Part shown: positions 37,788-64,000 of the stretch, one piece after another | Layout of the letters: every line of letters begins with the position of its first letter | Numbering within the stretch: position 1 is the stretch's first letter | Made by a program: the position numbers and the translations under genes | The notes under the pieces: model-generated | Databases searched by the model: none | Told to the model about the DNA's origin: nothing | Seen by the model: the letters and a program-made list of their open reading frames with translations, nothing else | NCBI GenBank assembly: GCA_963693365.1 | Contig: CAVNZM010000016.1 | Coordinates: forward strand, 7,113,029 to 7,177,028 | Reading direction: 5' to 3' | DNA length: 64,000 nt | Origin: Amoebidium appalachense | Lineage: Eukaryota > Protista > Ichthyosporea

Positions 37788-38946
37788 GGTTGGGGGGAGG
37801 GGGGCAGGTGGGGTGTTAGGCTGGAGGGGGAAGGCCCGGAGGTGGAACAACATCCCCCCTTGCAGGGGGGGAGGGGGAGGGGGGGAAGAGGGGAGAAGCA
37901 GGGCAAGAAACCCAACTCTATCAAATGCAGACATACCGCGGCGTCTTGCCCCTCTGAAGCACACACGCACAGACACACGCGCGCGCGCGCGCGCGCACGC
38001 ACACACACACACACACCATAGCACTATGGCACACACGTACACACACACCTACCTGGGGGAAGTGAGTAGTAATCTGCGTGTTTGGGCTGACTGCAAACAT
38101 GCACCGATACACCGCACAGAATGGCCACCACCAATAGGGCCCATCCACATGTTTCATGAAGAAAACAGTGTCGCTATTTCCGTTGAATTTCGGGCATGTC
38201 ACGTATATCTCGTCCATACCCGTCAACCTCTCGACGTTGTAGGTCTGCGGGTCGTAGATATCCTGAAATGAGGCTTGGATAGTCGAACTTTCGGCGAGTT
38301 TTGCAAATGCAGATCGGATTGGAAGGTCGAGTTTTTCGTACCACCAATGAGTAGTCGTTGCTTGTGTGGGTCTTTGATCAAGAACCCATTTCCGGATTAT
38401 ATCTGCGTTGGAGAGATATGTGGGATCGAGTTTGGTTGTAAACATGGTGTTGTGCGCTACGAGCCATGAAAGGAAAGGGTAGGGCATGTTTAGATATGCG
38501 TCTAGGAGAAGTGGAATGAGATAGTATGTGTGGATAATCAGGAGATATACTCCGTTGGGGTTTTGGATGTACTGGCTCTCGAGTGTGGGTTCTCCGGTGA
38601 GAAAGTGTGCGTAATCTTGCGCCATGTATGATGCAATAAGTAGCCCACACAATGAGACCCACTCCAGATTTAGCAAGCCGGCAGCGTAGGTGACGAAAAT
38701 TGTGAAAATTGCGTTTGCGAGAGATAGGCGGAAAGAAACCGTTAGGAACATAGTTGCTGCATAGATGAATGCAACCGTATTTCCGACATTCTCACCGGCC
38801 AATTTGTTGATGAGAGATAGACCGAAGATTAGGCCGAGGGGAGACGTGATGAAGTGCAGCGCAACATTTACGGAATTCTTGTGGCATTTTCGGAAATCGA
38901 CGCACAGGGATTCAAACCCTGTGAAGCCTTCCTTGGCGTACGTCAT
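36314..38946 (-). CDS. Multi-domain membrane enzyme: DUF962/Mpo1-like N-terminus + HxD..H oxygenase-like middle + PEMT-like phospholipid methyltransferase C-terminus (~607 aa)
   Basis: Two coding exons, 38053-38946 and 36314-37243 (phase 0). Motifs: FRKCHKNSVNVALHFITSP and AQDYAHFLTGEP (DUF962-like); SDTVFFMKHVDGPY...FDFNREVHYI (possible HxD...H triad); ALGLERTYFGVELG..WITQFPYGFIPHPMILG (PEMT/Opi3-like). Domain calls come from motif recall, not a search. Confidence 0.8.
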
Positions 38947-38971
38947 GGTGCCTGCGCATGTGTGTGTGTGT

Positions 38972-39002
<31 letters not shown>

Positions 39003-39743
39003 GGGGGGGGGGAGGGAGGGGGGAGGGGGGGGGGAAGGGGGGGGGGGGGGGTGGGGCACTGGGGAGGAAGAAAAGGGTGGGTGGAGGGAAGTGTAAATTA
39101 CCGGTTAGTTTGTGTTGTGTCTGTGGTTGCCATTGGGGTATTCGAGTGTGTTTGGTGAGGCTAAAGCTGTGTGTGCGTTCGTAATGCCTGGTGGGGAGGC
39201 ATATCTGGGTTACTAATAGGGAGGACAGAGTGTACTTTGCTTTGAGAAAATGTCTACCGTTGAATTTGAACAGTTTCGCTCACAGCAATACGTGTTCTAC
39301 AAAAACATATCATCTCTGTGTGTGCTCCGTGCATGCATGGTAATAAACTTATAATCCCCCTTCACCCCCCCCCCTCCCCCCCCCCCCCCCCCCCCTTCTT
39401 CCCCTCGCCTCCCTTTCTCTTTCCGTTTTAGGTTTCGGGGTTTGCATTTTGCATCGAAAACTTTGGGTACGAACAAGTACGGCATGCCATATGCACAGTC
39501 CTGATACATATACGTACACATGTCATACGAGAAGACTTTCAAAACACTCACGCATGTTGGAAAGACAAAAATACATCATATGACACACACAGCCACACAC
39601 AATTGCAAACACAAGCACACACGCACACATGTGCATACCGCATATGCTTGCATACACACACACAATATCTCTTTCTCTCACCTTTCTTTCCCCCTCCCCC
39701 CACTCCTCCGTTTTTCTCCCCCGCTTATTATCTGTACAGACTG

Positions 39744-39809
<66 letters not shown>

Positions 39810-39966
39810 GCGTCACACACGCAAACACACACACACACACACACACATGCACGGACACATACACACACGCCCTCACTGGTTCTCCCCCTCCTCCCCCTCC
39901 CCACTCATCACCCTTTTCCACCTCATCCTTCTCAGGCTCATTGTCTAACCCCCGTACCGCCCCGCC

Positions 39967-39997
<31 letters not shown>

Positions 39998-41195
39998 AAA
40001 AAAAAAACAAAAAAACAAAAAAAAAAACAAAAAAAAAAAACCTTCGATTATTATTCACACACTTTCTGACTTTTCTCTCTCTATTCTTTCCCTCTCTCTC
40101 GCTACCCTAATATATTATCGTCACCACCTTCTCCTGCCTACTCTCCTTCCCCTCTTTACGTCTTGTTGTCTCGCCCTCTCCTGCAATCCTTTCACTCTCT
40201 CCCTCTCTGCCTCTCTCCCCCATACCCCTGCCTCCCCTTCCCCTCCCCCCCGCTCCCCTCTAGGACCCTATTGTTCACTCCCACGCCAAAAATCATGAAG
40301 ACACATAAACAGGTTATGCCATTATATACCTTTTATTCGGCACAGCGGATTTCAGCGCAAATCCACCCTCCTCAACCTCGCAAAGTGAACCGAGAAATTC
40401 AGTCGACTCTGTCGCCTTCTAAACCGGCCTGCAGCTGGAGAGTATTTATACTCGGCAAGAGTGGAATGTTAGGAAATAAACTGTTTGACATAAAGCCAAT
40501 CATATAAACTTGTAAATAACTTTATAGTTGCTTTTTACCCTTATATGGTTCTTTTATTTTCTGTTAACCAATTGCGTATTTCAAAACCAGAGGTTCAAAT
40601 TCCATTTACAACATTTCTCAACGCGCCCTCAGAACCTCCTAATGAACCAATGAATGGCGCAATATTAGAACTATTGTTTTGCGTTTCATATTACTAAAAC
40701 AATAGTATTCATATAATTTTGGCCGCAAACACAATCACCTTTTTGGAAATGGCGTAATGGCGTTTGCGTTTAGAGTAAAGCGTGCTGGGCTGCTGACAAG
40801 GCATGGGGAATGAAGTGTTTTGATTGGCCATAGATTAGCCTATGGCATGCCTCCACCACAGCACGTCAAGATCTGCGCCTTTTATGGCAAGTGCGGGAAA
40901 CTCAGACTCTGGTGACGTCACATTCACCGTCCGGGCCAGCGGCAATATGCATATGCACTGGATTATGCAGTAAGCATGCACTTGAACAATATGCCGAAGG
41001 GCCTGGATCGTTCAATCAAAGAAATAGAAAGGTATTCATTGGTGAAGGTCGAGGGGCGAAGGGCCCCGACGAGAGCTTGATTAGAAAGAGGGAGGGAGGG
41101 CGAGAGAGAGAGAGGGAGGGGGCCAGTCAAAGGAGGGGGGGGGGAGGCTCCGCTCCGGAGAGAGATCGAGAGATCGAGATATCGAGAGAGAGAGC

Positions 41196-41243
<48 letters not shown>

Positions 41244-41260
41244 CAGAGAGAGAGAGAGAG

Positions 41261-41294
<34 letters not shown>

Positions 41295-42024
41295 GGGAAG
41301 GGGGAAGCCCGGAGAGAGAGATAGAGAGAAAATGAGTGAGAGTGGGGGAGGAAGAGGGGGGGGGAGAGGTCGGAGATTAGGAGAGAAAAAGGAAGGGAAA
41401 GAGAGAGACATGTGTGTGTGACAGAGAGTGGTATGTATCAACATGTTTACTTCTGCACGTGATGAAACACACACACACATTTACGTGAATCCTGTTAGTG
41501 TGCATCCTACCACGTCTGTCTGTGCACTCCAATGCACCCTTTATTGTTGCTCCAAATCGGCTCTTACATGCCTTTAGCTCGAACAGACATGCCATCCATA
41601 AAAACATCAATCCAGCCACACTATCATATGGACAGTCACTGTCTAGCGCTGTTCAACGTATACTTAAAGACTATGTACCAGAAAAAAATGAGAAAAAGGT
41701 GTGCTCAAACTCAAGCATATGTCTTACATAGTACGTGTGTGCTATAGTGATGGTGGATTTCACACAGAGCCAAACGAGACATATTGTACCAAGGTATCGT
41801 TAACCAGTAGGCAGATTTCATCAGGGAACTACTTGCTACAGGTAAAAGAAAACTGTTACCATTCAGAAAAAAAGCATACGTAAAAGACATGTGCATAGAA
41901 AAAGGTTATCGCATCAGTAAAAAACTTGGGCGGCTGAAACTGAGGCAAGGCTTCATTCATTCCGTCTTCCATCGTGGTTTCAGTGTGTGGATGGCTGGTC
42001 ATAAAAAATGTGTGCGGGTGCCAC

Positions 42025-42081
<57 letters not shown>

Positions 42082-42145
42082 ACATGTGTGTGTGCATGTG
42101 TGTGTGTGTGTGCAGCGCACGTGTGTGTGTGACACGGTGTGTGCT

Positions 42146-42211
<66 letters not shown>

Positions 42212-42293
42212 TGTGTGTGTATGTGTGTGTGTGTGTGTGTGTGTGTATGTTTGGGTGTGTGCCTGTGTGCCTGTCTGTGTGTCCGTGTGCCTG

Positions 42294-49360
<7,067 letters not shown>

Positions 49361-50043
49361 GTTTCTCCCCGTTGCCTGTGTGCTGATTGCGAGCATGTGT
49401 CACAGCTGTATTTGTATATTCATTGGTGGCGAAGCCGTGTTCTGTGCGTGGCACGACCGCCAAATTTATACAGGGGTTTCCGTGCCTCTCCTAAACCTGC
49501 TAGATACGTGTTTCTTTTTTTTTTTGTTTCTTTCCGCCAACCTAAGAAGTGACGTTCATAGTGCCCTTTTTGTATCACTTCATTTGTTCGCCACTCAACA
49601 CATCAATGGTTCGTTTTGTGTGAGCCGTGCCCCTGTCTGGGCCAACAGGCTAACTCTGACAACCCCTAACTTCGCCCTCTGTCCGCCCACTTTTTGGCTG
49701 CAGCTTTCAGTGTGTCAGTGAATGCTGGCAGCCTCGTTTTGTGGGGGCCAGCCGAAAGGCCCACCGGGGGAAGGGTTCGCGCCAAATCTATATATAGCTT
49801 CCTAATTAGTAAGATGCCCTATAAATAACTCATAGGGGTTACCTATGCTGACATTTCACACAGACTATTGAATTACGAAATTGTCTTTGTTGTATTTTAG
49901 GTTCCTTGATGGACCCCAAATTTTCACCTTGGCCCTCTGTTCTGTGCGCCAGCCGTGCACCTCTCGCTCTCCCCTCTCTTCCGACTTCGTGTGTGTGTGC
50001 GTGTCTGTGTGCCCGTTGCCTACGTGTAGCTGTGAGGGACACC

Positions 50044-50692
50044 ATGAAGAGCGAGGTTTACTACGGCCTGGTCGGCGCCGCCGGCGGCACCTTCTGCTCC
50101 GTCTACTCCAACGCAGTGCGCCACCTGCCTGCCTTCAGAGGTGTGTGTGTGTGCCCGTGTGCGTGTGTGTGGGATGGGGTGTGTGTGTGGGGTGGGGAGG
50201 GGGGGAGGTGAGGGGGTGGGGGGGTGGGGGGGGGAAGGGGGGGAAGGAGGGTAGGGAACGGGAAACGGGATATGTAACGGGGCCTCTGCGCGTATGCGGT
50301 GGAAGTTGTATTGAATTGCACTTGCATTGCAACAGCCCGCATGTGATTCTTTAGGTTCAAAGCCCATCTGAGCGTTGAACACTAGGGGGAGATGCATCCT
50401 AGACCAGAAACGGCAGTTATCATCCACGTTCGATACACACACGCACGCATGCACACGCATTTGGACACGCATGGACGTGTAACTGCAGACACTTATGCAC
50501 ACAAGTTTACTTGGTACGCACATACACGCATGCGTGCACAAACACACAAGCACACAAAACACGCGCACAGACCACAGTCACACTGACCAACTAACACACA
50601 CGAGCACGCACACATGCCGGCCACACATCTGTGCCGGTAAAAGGCAGGCCAGCACACTCACGCGCATGTTCACACATCCACGCAGATGCACA

Positions 50693-50745
<53 letters not shown>

Positions 50746-50963
50746 GTACAGACACCCACATCCCACACGCACGCGTGTGCACGAGCAAGCACACATAAGT
50801 CACACGCCTTGTATATACGCGGGGCACCCGCACACATCGACACACTCGTGCAGATACCATCACCAGATACCCACATACACACACACGTGCGCGCGCACTC
50901 ACATACATGCACAAGCACACACAAACACGTGTGATACCCCTCCGGCACAGGATTACACCCCCT

Positions 50964-50999
<36 letters not shown>

Positions 51000-51075
51000 C
51001 CATGACACCCAGACATACTCACCCACAAGCATTATGATACCCGCACAACCACACACACGCATAGCACGGTGTAGA

Positions 51076-51111
<36 letters not shown>

Positions 51112-51741
51112 GCACACTTAGGGTGCACCCTTGCACCAACATGCTCACCAGACGGGTCCTCTCAACACGTGTGCATGACTCGCACTTGGCCTTCTCTTCC
51201 CACAGTGCATTCACCTTTACATAAAAGCAAGCAGCCCTTGTGTCCCCATCACAACTCTTGAGGTATCAATCTCTATTGTTCCTTAGTCTTACCGTGCTCA
51301 TGTTTCTCGCAGGGTTCCCCGGGTTCCATCTGACGGTCATCGCTGTGGGGGGGGCTTTTGGCTGGTTCCTTGGGGGGGTCGAGCGGCGGTCTCTGGCCAG
51401 CTACGAGGAGCTGCTGCAGAAATACAACCAGCGCCGTGGGGTTGGTGGGTGGGCACGTGCACAGGCACACACACACACATGCACACACGTGCACTGGCAC
51501 ACACACACAGACGGGCAGAGGCACTGGCGCATGTGCATACGTGCACACACAACACACACAGACACATGCGCACATGCACACAAACAACACACACACAGTC
51601 ATAGGCACACACATGCATATGCACACACACAACACACACAAACACACACACACACACACACACACACATGAACATACGTGCACACACGCAACACACGCAG
51701 ACACACGCAGACATGCACACACACAACACACACACATTCAT

Positions 51742-51792
<51 letters not shown>

Positions 51793-51899
51793 CACATGCA
51801 CACACACACAAACAGGCGTGCGGACACATACATATATTTCCTCGAGCACTCTTTTTCCTGGACAATTAGACACCTGCAGGGCATGTGCTGAGATCGTAG
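50044..51899 (+). CDS. NDUFC2: NADH:ubiquinone oxidoreductase B14.5b/NDUFC2-like small subunit (~79 aa)
   Basis: Exon 50044-50140 (MKSEVYYGLVGAAGGTFCSVYSNAVRHLPAFR), exon 51313-51435 (GFPGFHLTVIAVGGAFGWFLGGVERRSLASYEELLQKYNQR) and a tentative last exon 51880-51899. Two hydrophobic segments and an 'SNAVRxLP..P..H...G.G' pattern resemble plant/fungal B14.5b. Divergent from MRG15. Confidence 0.65.
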
Positions 51900-51976
51900 A
51901 GTCACAAACACCGTTAAACACCAACACACAGTTTCACACACTCACACACTCACACTCACACTCACTCACTCACACA

Positions 51977-52140
51977 CAGACAGACACATATCCACACACA
52001 CACAGACAGACACATATCCACACACACACAGACAGACACATATCCACACACACACAGACAGACACATATCCACACACACAGACAGACACATATCCACACA
52101 CACACAGACAGACACATATCCACACACACACAGACACACA
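51977..52140. repeat. Minisatellite of ~24-26 bp (CACAGACAGACACATATCCACACA)n
   Basis: About six tandem copies directly readable. Confidence 0.75.
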
Positions 52141-52538
52141 CACACACACCTGTACATGCGCACATCCACACATTTACACATGCACGTGCAGTGCGGCAAC
52201 AACCACCTGATGTTGCATAATTTTTTGATGCTGTTTGAATTTTTTTTACCACTGAGCCCCTTATGCCATACCTTCCTTCCGACCCCCCCCCCCCCCCCCC
52301 CTCCCACCCCCTTCCCCCCAACACTCACAAATAAAAAGAAAAATAAAATAAAAACGAAAATGGGCTCACAGTATACTGCATGCTATTGGTTGGCACCCTT
52401 GTTCCATACTCTGTTTTGTCGCTTTTTTTATCTTTGTGCCTCTAACTTTGTTGCAAGGGCAACTGTGCTTCACACACACGCGCCCGCACACATCGTTTCT
52501 ATCTCGCTCTCTCTTTCCTTCTCTATATCTCTCCCCCC

Positions 52539-53136
52539 TGGGTCCTCCCTGAGGATGGGCTCTGCTTATGACGCATACTGTGCACATGGCTGATGTTGCA
52601 TACTTGAATGTTTGCCTTTGCATGTGTCCTGCACCATGCTTCTCGTCGTGTATGCGTACTTTGTACCGTGTTCCGCATTCAAAACCCCCCCAGTCTTCTT
52701 TCAGAGGTGTCCTTTCAGGACAGACCACTGTGTGGAGACCGCTTTACTTCCATGCAACCGGGCATGGTTGCTCTGTGTCGTGCATCTGTAAGCACATACA
52801 CATTTTTCGCTGCACTGCATTAGTTTGCACACACATCTTCACCGTTTTGCTCACCTTGCTTGCATAAGCAACCCTGCTCGTCTTTGATCAAGACGGGTTG
52901 ACCCGCCCAAGCTCAGTTGATGCTGCTGTCTGAGTTGGAGTGTCGTATATACGCGGGCTAAGGGGTCGAAACTCAGACGCAATTGATGACTTGGGTCCTC
53001 CCTGAGGATGGGCTCTGCTTATGACGCATACTGTGCACATGGCTGATGTTGCATACTTGAATGTTTGCCTTTGCATGTGTCCTGCACCATGCTTCTCGTC
53101 GTGTATGCGTACTTTGTACCGTGTTCCGCATTCAAA
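52539..53136 (+). mobile_element. 1.3-unit copy of the 453-bp element
   Basis: Appears identical to the intronic array. Starts at tgggtcctccct after a C6 run, covers more than one unit and ends at cattcaaa plus a C-run (53137-53158). Confidence 0.92.
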
Positions 53137-53247
53137 CCCCCCCCCCCCCCCCCCCCCCTCCTCCCTCCCTTCCTGCCTCCCTTCCTGCCTCCCTCCTTTC
53201 CTCCATTGAGGAACGGTCACATGCACCTTTTTTCATACATTCACAGG

Positions 53248-53289
<42 letters not shown>

Positions 53290-53901
53290 CACATGAACAT
53301 GAACATGAACATGCACACACACCTCCACCTGCACATACCCACACAAATGTATGTGCGCACACACACGCACACACACAGCCACACATGCATACACAAACAC
53401 ACGCGGAACATGCAGGAACACGTATACACACACACACACCCCTTAACTCAAGGCCTTCATCTGCACATGTACACATGCTTGCACGGAACATCTGCACATG
53501 CACTCACACACACAGCCATGCACACAATTGTATGCACACGTGGACATAAATTCAGATACAGACACACATTTAGCCATGCACTCGTACACGCACACATACA
53601 CACAACCCCGTGGATGCAGACTCACATACCACCTGCATGCACCCACTCACACGCACAAGCATGCACACCCAAATAGACACACATCCACAGGCACGCACAC
53701 ACACCCACACCTATCTTGGATGCCTGATGTGGCACAATGCTTTCAGTCCAGCATATGCACATGTACTGACATAATCTCATTATGTGTGTGTGTGTCTAAT
53801 TGCGTATGTTTGCACGGTGCACACGCTAGCAATTCATGCTTGGTGCTGAATACCACATTTATCCCCCCCCCCCCCCCCCCCCCCCCCTTCCCCCCCCTTC
53901 C

Positions 53902-54043
53902 TGGGCTCTCCCTGAGGATGGGCTCTGCTTATGACGCATACTGTGCGCATGGCTGATGTTGCATACTTGAATGTTTCCCTTTGCATGTGTCCTGCACCAT
54001 GCTTCTCATCGTGTATGCGCGCTTCGTACCGTGTTCCGCATTC

Positions 54044-54045
<2 letters not shown>
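53902..54045 (+). mobile_element. Truncated diverged copy (~144 bp) of the 453-bp element
   Basis: tgggctctccctgaggatgggc...gtgttccgcattcaa, with C-runs on both sides. Confidence 0.88.
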
Positions 54046-54078
<33 letters not shown>

Positions 54079-54126
54079 ACCCACCCACCCACCCAATCTC
54101 TCTCTATCTCGCTCTCTCTCTCTCTC

Positions 54127-54159
<33 letters not shown>

Positions 54160-54647
54160 GGAATCTTTCCATAGCCGCATGTATGCATAACAATGCAAGT
54201 GTACCATAAGTGACTGACTGAATTCCATTGCAGCCACTGAGGCATCAGAATAAATCTTCTTGAATTTAAAAAGTGCCCCCGACAAGAGAAAGACAGCGCA
54301 AATTCGGACAAGAAGGGGGGTCTATACACGATGGACAGCACCACGGCCAGCTGTCCTCCGTCAAGGGCAGCATCTCATTAAACCGTTTTGCTTTTAATTT
54401 TTTAACGGTGCAAGGTGATTGGGTGTGCCATGGCTGCGCCATCAAGTAAATTGCACTTTGCGGGTGTGTGGCCCTCATGTCCGAGAAAAAAAAGAAAAAC
54501 AGAAAGGAAAAAAAAAGGAATAAAAATGTCTTGCCGAAAGTCCTGTATTCCTCAAGTTGTATTCCCCTTCCGGTGTGCACCTTTCGTTTGTTGTGCCTGC
54601 TGTGAAAAAAATGCAAGCCCCCTCCCCCCCCCCAACCCTCCAACCCC

Positions 54648-54941
54648 CCGTTTTGCTCACCTTGCTTGCATAAGCAATCCTGCTCGACTTTGATCAAGAC
54701 GAGTTGACCCTCCCAAGTTCAGTTGATGCTGCCGTCTGAGTTGGAGCATCGTATAAACGCGGGCTAAGGGGTCGAAACTCAGACGCAATTGATGACTTGG
54801 GCCCTCCCTGAGGATGGGCTCTGCTTACGACGCATACTGTGCGCATGGCTGATGTTGCATACTTGAATGTTTGCCTTTGCATGTGTCCTGCACCATGCTC
54901 CTCGTCGTGTATGCGTACTTCGTACCGTGTTGCGCATTCAA
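54648..54941 (+). mobile_element. Truncated diverged copy (~294 bp) of the 453-bp element
   Basis: ccgttttgctcaccttgc...gtgttgcgcattcaa followed by C-runs; several substitutions relative to the array. Confidence 0.9.
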
Positions 54942-54994
54942 CCCCCCCCTCCCCCCCCCTCCCCCCATCCCCACCACCACCACCACCACGTGCA

Positions 54995-55030
<36 letters not shown>

Positions 55031-56092
55031 CATGCATGCATGCTGCCCGCGCACACCGTGGCCACCTTACATGTGGATTTGTGTCTTTTCGGCGCACACC
55101 CCGGATGATCCCGCAGGCACAACGTTGTAATTACGGTAGGCTTATATGGTTCCAAGGAGAGTTGGCCCCCTGATATCAATAACCACCACCGTACGACCAC
55201 CACGTAACATATTATAACTCGAAATATTCAGCTCACACCCGCACACGTATACCGTAAGGAGTGACATATGTGCCATGCATGTGTGCAGTGCAGTGTGTGC
55301 GCACGTGCCTGACATGTATGAATCGTGGGCGCCGTGCAGCATGCTTGTGCAGAAGGATAAGGATAAAATTCGGGTGCACATGTGGTTCGTGCTCGACTGA
55401 CTAGGTCTAGGGTCGAGAAACCTCATGATCACACAGTTGCATGTACTTGTACTTGTACATTCATTGACAACCGTACGTGTTAAACCATGCATATATACGG
55501 GGTGCCTATACATATGCATATGCATAACCGTTAACCACACACAGCACCGGATCGAACGTGCGTGCTCGCCTAAGCTAATTTATTTGAAATTTGTGCATAA
55601 CATGTTGCATGTGGGCGGTGCGATAATTGCAGTCGAACCTAATAGGTCTTGGCTAAAGGTTTAATAAGGTTTGAGGCTTTATTCCCCTCCGTTTGCATCA
55701 TAATACTTTAGTAACACATGTGTGGTGGCACTGCTAGTATAGTGCTTAAGCAATGATACGAAGTTACATCGTTATTATTTCGATTGCCTTCTGATTCTCT
55801 GGCCGTGCTTGTTCAGCATGCCTACTGACCTGCCCCCATCCCCCCCCCTTTTCACAACTGCATGCAAACACCTTTCTATTTGACCAGCGATGATCCTTTC
55901 ATAGGCATGGGGAAGTCTAATGTACATGGGCCATCTAATAATAGCGCAATATATACATACCGACCAAATATCACCACGGCATTACATCGCACACTGTATC
56001 ATTGTGACACCATATTTTGTGTTCTTCCGCCACTTGGACCGTCTCCCGACAAAACCACCGGGGAAGGCGGGCAAAAAAGCTTTAATAAGGGC

Positions 56093-64000
<7,908 letters not shown>

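Overview
Intron-rich eukaryotic genomic DNA (GT-AG introns) packed with (CA/GT)n, (GA/CT)n and poly-G/C tracts. Nearly all ORFs in the supplied track are microsatellite translations. Splicing by hand gives eight genes: a hypothetical coiled-coil protein (-); an AMT1/MTA1-type MT-A70 DNA 6mA methyltransferase (-, 12 exons) head-to-head with a DUF2462/UPF0390 small basic protein (+); a MAPR-family cytochrome b5-like heme/steroid-binding protein (-); an intron-poor three-module membrane enzyme (DUF962-like + HxD oxygenase-like + PEMT-like) (-); MRG15/Eaf3 (-) head-to-head with an NDUFC2-like complex I subunit (+); and a malonyl-CoA:ACP transacylase (-) whose 5' end is beyond the window. Mobile DNA includes a TTAA-flanked Kolobok-like MITE and a 5'-truncated non-LTR RT ending in (CA)n inside a 55-bp inverted-repeat-bounded segment. 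The most striking signal is a 453-bp non-coding unit that pairs by eye into a viroid-like quasi-rod on the + strand. It occurs as a near-perfect 6.25-mer plus five dispersed copies. All six end at the same internal C-run fused to a genomic poly-C tract and vary only at the other end. This pattern fits rolling-circle, target-primed reverse transcription of a small circular RNA (retrozyme-like, although no known ribozyme could be recognised). A second, older ~800-bp triplicated unit with conserved stems is another candidate structured RNA. The organism cannot be named from this sequence; a unicellular eukaryote retaining AMT1 (for example an ichthyosporean-like holozoan) is only a guess.
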